Source: Macrostomum lignano
Taxonomy: Eukaryota
Reading direction: 5' to 3'
DNA length: 64,000 bases
NCBI GenBank assembly: GCA_002269645.1
Contig: NIVC01002059.1
Span: 219,322-283,321, forward strand
This document shows, one piece after another, positions 10,588 to 22,500 of the stretch (position 1 is the stretch's first letter; each line of letters opens with the position of its first letter). The notes below the pieces were generated by a model. That model had not been told where the DNA came from and did not search any database. It saw nothing but the letters and a program-made list of their open reading frames with translations. The translations under genes were made by a program, and so were the position numbers.

Positions 10588-13500
10588 ATGGCAGAGCACA
10601 TGCAATACAAGGGCCAGCTCATTGGTCACAATGGCTGGGTAACCCAGATCGCTACTAATCCACAATTTCCAAATATGATTCTTTCTGCCAGTCGGGGTAA
10701 GGATTTTTTCTTTTTGTATAAGTGGATTCTTAGTCAATGGTTTGACTTTAAGATTAACTTTTAATCAGTGATCTTGCCTATATTATTACCTGTCAAATTA
10801 CTAGTATAAAGACATGTTTACCTTTTGACTAATTTATAGAACTTTTTATCAAAAGAACAAAAGTTTAGGATCCAGGACAATTTGTTTGCTGGACTATTTA
10901 AATGACTAGGCTTAGTGGCAGTGGAATATTTATCTGCTGGTGCTAAATAATGAATAATAATTTATAAATAAAAAATGTCATTGTAATGATTAAGTCTTAA
11001 GTCTTAATTATTAGGGATTGACCAACTGTGATTTTTGTATGCATGATTGGAACTAGACCATAGTGTTGAACACTGTTAATGAAAATATTAACTTCCATTA
11101 ATGGCAAAAGTGTTGGCATTAAAACAAAAAATCTTAATTTAGTAACTCTTAATTTTGTTAAGTTAAATAAAGGTTAACTAATAATTGGTTAATAAGCATT
11201 AATCTATTAAAGACTTTAAAGTTAACTTGATTTAAAGATCTAAAGAATCTAAAGATTTCTTGCACTTTTTTTCAAAACAGACTTTCTAATGCACTGTCTG
11301 CTTTTCCACCTTTTTAGTGAAACACTGAGGTCATCTAAAAGATTTATAAGCTAAAAAAGGTGTCCTAATAAATAATAATTTTAAAAACTTTATGTATAAA
11401 TACTTTTATAAAAAATATATAATTTATTAATTTAAGTAAGTAAATGGTAAAAGAAGTAACTCTTATTTAATTCTTATTAAGTAACTTTATAGTAATGATA
11501 CGAAATGTGACTTGTGGATAGATAAACAGGTGTATTTTGTGTATGAATCACCTTGTCTTGTGTGTCTGTGGTCAGCAAAAGTTGGGACTTTGCAACCCAA
11601 ATGTGGCGCCAAAAAATGCATCAAGCATGCTCTAGTCTAGGGGGGGCATTAGCTACATAGAATATATGTGGCTCATTGATGTGCCGCTATAGAAATGAAA
11701 ACTTCTCCCACAAAAAATCTGCATAGAGAAATTTGAAATACAGTTACATGTATACTACAGGAGCAATTTGATTGGCCAAATATTTTTATTAAAAATGACA
11801 TTACTTAGCATTGGGTGTTGACAAAATGCAATGCAGGCAAATCTGTTGCAACTCACAAGGCTACATGTACGAGTAAATGCAGCACTAAAGGAAAAAGCAT
11901 TGCAGAAATCTCCACGGGCAAATTGCACTGCGGGAAAATCTCGGCAGGAAAAGCTCAGCGGGCAAATCTGCGCAGGCAAATCTGTGGGCAAATCTCGGTG
12001 GGCAATTTGTCTGCGGGCATTTCTCATGGACCCAGCTCGGCACCCTGTGTTGCTCTATGTACTCTGGCTATTGGGAGTTAGAAGAAATTTTATTGGCATT
12101 TTCAAAAGTTTAGTAGTATTGTACTATTGGGAATATTAAAAAATAATGAAATATGCCTAGACCAAATACCAACCTACCTTTCCAAGTTTATGGAAATCAT
12201 GCCCCTATCAACCTATGCTCCATTAACTCAATTCTCAATGCTCCACTTCTCTCAAAGCCTCAAATCTAAGCAAAATGTGTTTGCAACTTCTTAAGCACCC
12301 TTAAAATATGCTATATGTCCTTTATTTAATTCGTTTCATTCCTTTTTGAGTCAAGCCCATAACCCCTAATATTCTTAACTTTTCAAACTCAAACTTCTCA
12401 TTCCTCCATTCCTTTTAAAGCCTTTTCATAACTTAAGAGCATAATTATCCTTAATTCCTTCTTTCATTTATTTGCCATACTGCTTATACCAAAACCCAAC
12501 TCTTGACTTAGTGATTGGCATATGTATGCTTGAATTTTCAAGCATAAAGGCCACATGCTAGACAATGGAAGTAAATACCCTAGAAATTTTTTGTCTATAT
12601 ATATTGTATATTGCAACTATCTATTTGGTCAACAGTCTATTTTGGTAAAAAAATTGTTAGTCATTATAGCAACCACAACCAACCATTATAGCAACCAAAA
12701 CTGACATGAAGTTCCATTTTTAAAATGTTAATTTCTTTGTATATTTTGTTGACAAGTAAAAAAAATAATAGGAAAATTTCTAATGTCTAAGCAATGACAT
12801 TGGCAAGAAGTTCCTTTTCAAATTAATTACATTGATCTTTCTCTGTGTATTGTTGAAAGTATAGTCCCTGATTACATAATAGAATATTTTTTATTCAATT
12901 TCTCCATTTTATTTTTTCTATAGTAAAATGGTTCTATCTAACAATTTGTTACTATGGCAGTACATGGTACGCGCCTTAACTTTGTATGCAGCATGCTATT
13001 TGCATACACGTGCAGTCTCTTAAATTACATCAAAATAAGAGCAAAGTAAGAAATCTTATTGGGGATTCTAATTAACCATGCGATCTGGTTGACAATTTTA
13101 GACAAAAGTCTCATCATGTGGGAGCTGAACCGCGGCGAGAACTACGGCGTGCCTAAGCGCGCTTTACGCGGCCACAATCACTTCGTGTCGGATGTCGTGA
13201 TGTCATCTGATGGCCAGTTTGCCCTGTCCGGCTCCTGGGACAGCACCCTGCGTCTGTGGGATCTCACAACCGGCCTCACAACTCGTCGATTCACTGGCCA
13301 CACTAAGGACGTCCTGTCCGTGGCGTTTAGCGCCGATAATCGCCAGATCGTGTCCGGCTCGCGCGATCGCACTATCAAACTGTGGAATACGCTGGGAGTG
13401 TGCAAGTACACCATCACCGAGGACAATCACTCTGACTGGGTTAGCTGTGTGAGGTTCTCGCCGAACACGGCCAATCCAATTATTGTCAGCGCCGGTGTTG

Positions 13501-13955
13501 ACCGTCTAGTTAAGGTGTGGAACCTGACCAACTGCAAGTTGCGCACCAATCACATTGGGCACAGCGGCTACCTCAACACTGTTGCTGTCAGCCCCGACGG
13601 CAGCCTGTGCGCCTCCGGTGGCAAGGACGGCAAAGCCATGCTATGGGACCTGAACGAGGGCAAGCATCTGTACACCCTGGACGGTGGCGAGAGCATCAAC
13701 ACGCTGACCTTCTCGCCTAATCGCTACTGGTTGTGCGCGGCTACCGGTCCTCTAATTAAGATCTGGGATCTGGAGAACAAAGTGGTTGTTGACGATCTGC
13801 GCACCGAGGTTGTGGCCACTAGCACTAATCTGAAGCGCAAACCAGCTAGTCCAGAGTGCCTGTCGCTTGCCTGGAGTGCCGACGGTCAGACCCTTTTCGC
13901 TGGCTACTCGGACAATGTAATCCGCGTCTACGGTGTCACCGTGTCTGCCCAGTAG
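10588..13955 (+). CDS. RACK1: Receptor for activated C kinase 1 (WD40, 40S ribosomal protein), 320 aa
   Basis: Exon 1 10588-10696 ([23 protein letters not shown]...SASR G|gtaag) and exon 2 13102-13955 (ag|AC KSLIMW...). Typical RACK1 WD40 repeats ([35 protein letters not shown]). The phase-1 intron joins the exons in frame. Confidence 0.98.
12150..12560 (+). mobile_element. Highly decayed dispersed repeat, possibly a LINE remnant, in RACK1 intron 1
   Basis: ATGCCTAGACCAAATACCAACCTACCTTTCCAAGTTTATGGAAAT is similar to the reverse complement of ~42050-42100. The LINE identity is only weakly suggested. Confidence 0.4.
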
Positions 13956-14008
13956 CTTAGGCCTATTGATATTTCACCGATTCCCGACCAGAACCCGCGA
14001 GCTCCTTT

Positions 14009-14014
14009 AATAAA
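14009..14014 (+). terminator. RACK1 poly(A) signal
   Basis: AATAAA 54 nt after the stop codon, followed by a GT/T-rich tract. Confidence 0.8.
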
Positions 14015-14412
14015 AAGTTGTGTTTTTTGCTTCTCTGTCTCTCTTTTCATCTAGTGCGCGATCGATTGTAAGCTGATCTTCTACTAGTTAGTAGTGTAGT
14101 CAGGCAATAAAACAGAGATCGGTTCGAGATTAAACAAATACCAGCTGTGAAAACTAGCAGAAGCGAAATGTGTTCCGGCGTGACTTCAGCGCGTATGGAG
14201 GATTGTTATAAAAAAGTAAAATCCAACTTGGTTTGAAATTTTCTCGCGATGGCTAAGCCGAGTCTCTGGACTGTTTGTGACAGTTCTTGAATTTGCATTG
14301 GATATGAAAAATGCGTTCTTTTATCTGGTTTTTATCCGTCTTATTTATTTTTCCGATATCAGGCATCTAGCTCTTCAGTCTTTGCCACTCTCCGATTTAC
14401 TCAAAACCCCTC

Positions 14413-16300
14413 GGATCCAGCCTCCCAGACTCAACAGATCCAGCCTCTCTGACTCAACAGATCCAGCCTCCCAGACTCAACAGATCCAGCCTCCCAGAAT
14501 CAACAGATCCAGCCTCTCTGACTCAACAGATCCAGCCTCCCAGACTCAACAGATCCAGCCTCCCAGAATCAACAGATCCAGCCTCTCAGAATCAACAGAT
14601 CCAGCCTCCCAGACTCAACAGATCCAGCCTCCCAGACTCAACAGATTCAGCCTCCCAGACTCAACAGATCCAGCCTCCCAGAATCAACAGATCCAGCCTC
14701 CCAGACTCAACAGATCCAGCCTCCCAGAATCAACAGATTCAGCCTCCCAGACTCAACAGATCCAGCCTCTCTGACTCAACAGATCCAGCCTCCCAGACTC
14801 AACAGATCCAGCCTCCCAGACTCAACAGATCCAGCCTCTCAGACTCAACAGATCCAGCCTCCCAGACTCAACAGATCCAGCCTCCCAGAATCAACAGATC
14901 CAGCCTCTCAGAATCAACAGATCCAGCCTCTCAGAATCAACAGATCCAGCCTCCCAGACTCAACAGATCCAGCCTCCCAGAATCAACAGATTCAGCCTCC
15001 CAGACTCAACAGATCCAGCCTCTCTGACTCAACAGATCCAGCCTCCCAGAATCAACAGATCCAGCCTCTCAGACTCAACAGATCCAGCCTCCCAGAATCA
15101 ACAGATCCAGCCTCCCAGACTCAACAGATCCAGCCTCCCAGACTCAACAGATCCAGCCTCCCAGACTCAACAGATCCAGCCTCTCTGACTCAACAGATCC
15201 AGCCTCCCAGACTCAACAGATCCAGCCTCTCTGACTCAACAGATCCAGCCTCCCAGACTCAACAGATCCAGCCTCCCAGACTCAACAGATCCAGCCTCCC
15301 AGACTCAACAGATCCAGCCTCCCAGACTCAACAGATCCAGCCTCCCAGAATCAACAGATCCAGCCTCTCTGACTCAACAGATCCAGCCTCTCAGAATCAA
15401 CAGATCCAGCCTCCCAGACTCAACAGATCCAGCCTCCCAGAATCAACAGATTCAGCCTCCCAGACTCAACAGATCCAGCCTCTCTGACTCAACAGATCCA
15501 GCCTCCCAGAATCAACAGATCCAGCCTCTCAGACTCAACAGATCCAGCCTCCCAGACTCAACAGATCCAGCCTCCCAGACTCAACAGATCCAGCCTCTCA
15601 GACTCAACAGATCCAGCCTCCCAGACTCAACAGATCCAGCCTCCCAGACTCAACAGATCCAGCCTCTCAGAATCAACAGATCCAGCCTCTCAGAATCAAC
15701 AGATCCAGCCTCCCAGACTCAACAGATCCAGCCTCCCAGAATCAACAGATTCAGCCTCCCAGACTCAACAGATCCAGCCTCTCTGACTCAACAGATCCAG
15801 CCTCCCAGAATCAACAGATCCAGCCTCTCAGACTCAACAGATCCAGCCTCCCAGACTCAACAGATCCAGCCTCCCAGACTCAACAGATCCAGCCTCCCAG
15901 ACTCAACAGATCCAGCCTCCCAGACTCAACAGATCCAGCCTCCCAGAATCAACAGATCCAGCCTCTCTGACTCAACAGATCCAGCCTCCCAGACTCAACA
16001 GATCCAGCCTCCCAGACTCAACAGATCCAGCCTCCCAGAATCAACAGATCCAGCCTCTCTGACTCAACAGATCCAGCCTCCCAGACTCAACAGATCCAGC
16101 CTCTCTGACTCAACAGATCCAGCCTCCCAGACTCAACAGATCCAGCCTCCCAGACTCAACAGATCCAGCCTCCCAGACTCAACAGATCCAGCCTCCCAGA
16201 CTCAACAGATCCAGCATCTCAGACTCAACAGATCCAGCCTCCCAGACTCAACAGATCCAGCATCTCAGACTCAACAGATCCAGCCTCACAGACTCAACAG
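14413..16300. repeat. 23-bp minisatellite (~82 copies) between convergent genes
   Basis: Unit CAGATCCAGCCTCCCAGACTCAA with variants (CTCTCTGA, AGAATCAA). Confidence 0.97.
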
Positions 16301-16542
16301 GTGGTCGGCCCATCATTTTCCTCAGCTAAACGAAGTTATCAATTTTTTTCAAAAGAGAATTTCAGCTATTTCATACACGAAACGAATTAATTACGTAGTA
16401 AGCATAGGGTCTCTAGTTTTTTTTTATAGTTGCTATTATTTAGAGTAAGTTTTCAGTAACTTTGAAAAATCGGAAGAGGAACAGTTAGAAATTCAATGAA
16501 ATAACGATTTTGCGTTCAACAAGTCCAATAATCAATCAGGAT

Positions 16543-19500
16543 TCAGATTGTGGTTCTTAGTTTCGGGAATTTGTCGTAGCGCACAGTGTCGCAATAGGCC
16601 AACATGTCGTCCGGTGGGGTGGACCAAATCTGTCCATTTGCGTCTGCTAGCACTGTGTAGTCGTCTTCAACCGTGCTCCAACTTGACGGCGGTATACCGC
16701 TGCTGGCAAAAGTACTTAATGCACTTTGCATATGCTGCATCAGAGCCTGATCGCGCCGGTCCCAGCTATCAGCTGCGCGCGGCGCCGTGCCCAGCATGAG
16801 GAGCAGGTCGAGGCCGTAGAATGCTCCCGTGTGCTTGCTGGCGCCGCCGATGGCTAGAAATTTCGACGGGTATTTCAGACTGTAGCGCTGCACAAAGTGA
16901 TAGATTGGCGAGCTGCGTTTGGCCTGCTTAACTAGGGATTTTGCCAGGTAGCGATAGGGGCAGATGAAGCGCAATAGGGTGGCCGCTCTGGCTGCGGTTA
17001 GCAGGCCCTGCGGGAGATTGCACAGATATTGAGACTTTCAACGCCCGTTGAAAGCGTTACTTTGGCAAGAATCGCGGGGTCGTTTCACAAACCTAAAATT
17101 TACAATGCCGAAAACTCAGAATGCCGCTATTCTTTACAATGCTGAAATTTCATGAACCCGAATTTTCACAATTCTTTTCAGTCAGTAAAATTTGTCATCA
17201 TGAAATTTTTTTCGACATTGTAAAATTTCGGTATTATGAAATGGGCTGCATAAATTTTCGACAACATGAAATTTCTGATTCTAATTCATAAAGTGACGCA
17301 GAACGCCTCAAATTAAACCATTAACGACTTTTTGCCTGGCGACTTGTACCGTGACATCTGGTCGTGTATAGATCGGTCCTATATTAATTTTACGTGTTAT
17401 CTGCAAGACTGCAACGACTCTGGGGACAACGCAAGTGGCTCTGTGACAATTCTTGGCCTAGATTCCGGTTTTATGAGGAAAGAAAAAATCCATTTTTCAC
17501 TGCTTGCTTTATATAGAACAGAAATAAATGAACACCTGACCGCTTCCGGTTGGCTAGGAGCACAGATACTATTGTAGAATACTATTTTAGTATGTGGCCA
17601 GTAGTAACGTGCAGTATCAGTTGTGTACTGTCAAGACAGTCACAACCACAGATACTAAAATAACTAGATGATCCACTCGGGCATATTTACTTAGAAAAAC
17701 AGCTTTCTACTTTCAGTTCAGTAGCAAAGAAGAATACATAAGCTATTTTATGAAAATAAAGCCAGCTCAAACGACTTTGATAAGTTTAGAAGCCCAAGCT
17801 TGCAGGCGTAAACAGCTTGCTAATTGGTTCAGCAATAATGTACATTAGCCAGTCCACTGAAATGTACATGGCAGCTTTAGGCTGGAATTCCGAGAAGGCA
17901 ATAAAAATTGGGGCGGGGCGGGGGTAGTGTGGAAAGGCACGGTTGGAGGTTTAAGCTAGGGGGGTAAGTGCCAAAAAGAGCCTTGGCTTTAAAAGTACAT
18001 TAAATGCTTCAGTTTAACTTGCTACTGAACTGAAAGTAGCTTGCACGCAAATGTGCTGAATGGCCCATCTGGTTATTCTCGTATCTGTGGTCACAACTCG
18101 TATTTCTCTCACGTTGGCGGGGTCACCATTTTGCCAGGTGCGGTCCTGTCCTATCGCAGCTATAGGATGAACTGGAGCTCACAATGGTAGATTGCGTAGT
18201 AGGTAAGGGACTGAAGTAATGGCGCACTCGTGTTTGGCCATTATTTCAGTACCTTACCTACTACGCAACGTCATTGTCTATAAGACACATAGAGGCCATT
18301 ATTTCAGCATAGCGTAGTCTGGTGGCCATTATTTCAGCGTGCCGGAAGTGGTCATTATTTCACACTTTTTATCATGCTTTAATTGGCTGTTTTGAGAGTT
18401 ATTTTACCCATAGATGACTGAGATGTGTGTCATAGTTTTACCATAGACAACACGTGATGAGTGCTGATTTCGTTTACGTCTTGCAAGAAATCAGGAAAGC
18501 GGGTATTACAAGTGAAAGCTATTTGTCTTGCCAAACAACTATGGCTGGTGCATCTCGTCAAACAGCCCCGCTTATTAATTGGAAAAATTTTCTTGTCGAC
18601 GACTGAACGAACCGTGCGACCCATGCTTCAGTGGAGATGACACAGGAGATGCGGGTGAAGCATGGTAAGCATAATGTGTCAACATTGTAAGTAAATTAGT
18701 GGCTATACTATATGAAACTGAATTTTTTACAATGTCCATTAATCTGCAGGTCAGATGGATTCGGAACGCGCAGTTCGCTTCTTCGAGAACTGCCACTTCA
18801 AGGATTAATGAAGGTTTCAGTTTTAATGAGCAACTTCTGTTGAACAGTCTATGACTACTGTGTTGTTTTTTGTGTTTAATGTGTGCGTTTTCCATTGTTT
18901 GTTAGCTAAAATGTCTTGACTATCCTTTTTTCACTGTATTCCAGAATGCCATGTAGACTGCGATCATTCCATTATGTCAGTTAATAAATGCATAGTTAAC
19001 TAATCGTCTATGGTTCAAGCGCCTGCTAAAGCTGAAATAATTTAGATCGAAATTTCACATTATTTCACAGCTTTTGAAACGCAACCCCGTCAGCAGCAGC
19101 AGCCCATGCATCGGCTGCGTGCAGTACGACTCAGCGCGGATGATGTCGCCTGCCAGAGCTTAGACGGAGCAGGCGGACGCGGCGATAGAAGTGCGACAGC
19201 ATGCATTCAAAGGTACTCATCAATATTAGCAAACCTGCGAGTCCGAGCGCGACATATCGGGCCGTTTTAGACGAGCAATCAGCCGATCAGGACTGCCGGC
19301 TAGTTCCAGATCCTTGACCGTTTTAAGAACTTTCTGCCAGACTTTATGCCACTTGTCCGAGGCCCGGAAGCCGGGAAAACCTTCGTAGTGATCGGCTACG
19401 TTGCCAAATACTATGGGAATGTCGTCCCACGAGCCCAAGCCCAAAGGACCTGCCTCAGTGGGCGAAGAGATCAGAGTGACACTGTCCGGTGCCAGCCATT

Positions 19501-22500
19501 CTAGCGGGGCCGGCGAAGCTTTGGTGTTGCCGGACACGGACAGGCTGCCCTGTTTGGTCAGTCCGGCCAGGCTTGGCCACCAGTCCTCCAGGTAGCCGGT
19601 GCGAGTCCACGCCTTGAATACGTCTTCGTTCGATGTCAGGTAGACGAGCAGGCGGCCCTTTGATGATAACAGTCGGGCTTCAGTTAGCGTGCATTCATAC
19701 TAGTAAAAACCACCAGCGCCATCCCCAATGCTCCCTATACGGTAAATGCAAGCAGGCGCGTCCCCACGGGGGGGGGGGACATGCCCCCCCCCCCAGTAAA
19801 AGCTCTGGGGGACATGCCAATGCTTTGTTTCCCCCCCCCCACCCCACCTTGTGAGTCGTTGTGGTAATCAATAACTTTTCTTCAGGGCGCCAATAGCGCC
19901 ATAAGTGCCTGCGGCGCTAAAATGAGTGCCTGTGGCGCTAAAATGAGTGCCTGTGGCGCTAAAATGAGTGCCTGTGGCGCTAAAATGAGTGCCTGTGGCG
20001 CTAAAATGAGTGCCTGTGGCGCTAAAATGAGTGCCTGCGGCGCTAAAATGAGTGCCTGTGGCGCTAAAATGAGTGCCTGTGGCGCTAAAATGAGTGCCTG
20101 CGGCGCTAAAATGAGTGCCTGTGGCGCTAAAATGAGTGCCTGCGGCGCTAAAATGAGTGTCTGCGGCGCTAAAATGAGTGCCTGGAGCGCTAAAATGAGT
20201 GCCTGCAGCGCTAAAATGAGTGCCTACGGCGCTAAAATGAGTGCCTGCGGCGCTAAAATGAGTGCCTGTGGCGCTAAAATGAGTGCCTGTGGCTCTAAAA
20301 TGAGTGCCTGTAGCGCCAAAATGAGTGCCTGTGGCTCTAAAATGAGTGCCTGTAGCGCCAAAATGAGTGTCTACGGCGCAAAATAATCGAGTGCCAAAAT
20401 TTAGTCATTTACATGTACATGTTGAACTCTTGGCTTTGTCCCCCCACCGTAAAATCCATGGCGACGCCCCTGCATGCGTCGAGATACATACAGTTCCTAA
20501 ACTTCAGTCCGCCTTGAGTGAAATCGCCCCACAACCAGCTCTGAGGCAGTTCTGCCCATTCCGCTGACTCCTGAGTACATGCAAGCGCGCCAATACTGTA
20601 CGCAGGCACGCAACTCACACACGCGCTCACACAGGGTGCACAGCGGCCCTGACTGTCTAATCGTCAGACATGTACACTCTCTGTGCCTTGAGGTTGGCCC
20701 TCACGAGTGTGAATCTCGCACGACAACCCGCCGGCTAATTTTCGTGCTCAAGCACCAAACGAACGCGGGCCACGCACGGAATCGAACCAGGGGCCGTGGC
20801 GTGAGATTCAGACGCGTTTAACGCTGAGCTGGTCTGCCCCCCCTGCCTGCATTCCTCCACACTCTCGACTAAGATCTCACCTCGTCCATCGTCTCCAACT
20901 CGCGTCGGCACTCGGTGACATTGTCCACCTTACAGTTGAGCTGCGCCTCTGTAATGTTGGTCCACCTGTTGGCGTGGATCTTTTTCAATGCTTTCAACAT
21001 CTCGGGCGCCGAGTCCGGGATGCGGGACGGACCGCTGGACAGCCAGGCCCCGTGGACGAGTCGCCTGCCTGTCCGCTGCTGCAGTTGCAGCAGCGCCATT
21101 ACCATCGCCGCGCCGCTGCCGTGACCGAACACTGTGACTCTGGGGGGGGGAATTGACAACTACCTTTTTTCTTTTTTGTCTTTAATGGGTTTCTTTCTAC
21201 TATCGCCAATCCGTTTCTGCACCCCATCACCAATCCGTTTCTGCACCCCATCACCAATCCGTTTCTGCACCCCATCACCAATCCGTTTCTACACCCCATC
21301 ACCAATCCGTTTCTACACCCCATCACCAATCCGTTTCTGCACCCCATCACCAATCCGTTTCTACACCCCATCGCCAATCCGTTTCTACACCCCATCGCCA
21401 GTCCGTTTCTACACCCCATCGCCAATCCGTTTCTACACCCCATCGCCAGTCCGTTTCTACACCCCATCGCCAATCCGTTTCTACACCCCATCGCCAGTCC
21501 GTTTCTAAACACCATCGCCAGTCGGTTTCTACACCCTATCGCCAATCCGTTCCTACACCCCATCGCCAATCCGTTTCTACACCCCATCACCAATCCGTTT
21601 CTACACCCCATCGCCAATCCGTTCCTACACCCCATCGCCAATCCGTTCCTACACCCCATCGTTATGTCTGGAAAGTCTTACAAGATCGACAAAGTCGATA
21701 TCTCAGCAGCTCACTTGTTTTTATCCCCGCCGAAGTGCTCGACAGTCTTTCGCAGATGCTCGAGACCGCGAACCAGGTCCGACAGGCCGTAGTTGACCAC
21801 CCTGAAGCCGGTGGCGTCGCCAGGTGGCCGGAAGGTGCCATGGAAGGCCAGCCGGTAGCCGATACGGACAACAACGGCCTGAAGCTGGTCTGGCAAGCCG
21901 TCGTCCGAGTGCAGCAGCGAGTCCTGGCCGAGGCTGCGCGTAGTCTCGGACACGAAACCGGAGCCGGTGACGAACACAATCACCGGGTAGCCGCTGTTGT
22001 AGTCGCGCGGCCGGCCAATACTCAGAAACAGGCAGTCCTCGGACATGGCCGGCTCGCCAGGGACGCCGACTAGCGGGTCCGCTTCGGGCAGGCGGATCAT
22101 GGTGGTCATGTTCGGCTCTACGAGCGGCGGCTCCGGCGTGCGAACCTGGTGCAGCTGCCTGAGAGATGTTCCAAAAGCGATCGGTCAGTTTTCTAGATTG
22201 GTCAGTTTTCTAGATCGGTCAGTTTTCTAGATTGGTCAGTTTTCTAGATTGGTCAGTTTATTAGATTGGTCAGTTTTCTAGATCGGTCAGTTTTCTAGAT
22301 TAGTCAGTTTTCTAGATTGGTCAGTTTTCTAGATTGGTCAGTTTTCTAGATTGGTCAGTTTTCTAGATTGGTCAATTTATTAGATCGGTCAGTTTTCTAG
22401 ATTGGTCAGTTTTCTAGATTGGTCAGTTTATTAGATCGGTCAGTTTTCTAGATTGGTCAGTTTTCTAGATCGGTCAGTTTTCTAGATTGGTCAGTTTTCT

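Noticed and set aside
19922-20386. Repeat-derived ORFs (MSACGAK; also 14277, 21099, 26445-27714, 27805-28866, 29639-30061, 34735-35114, 37411, 48688-48943, 63068-63323)
   Set aside because: These are open frames created by stop-free tandem repeats, mostly inside introns defined by the flanking exons.
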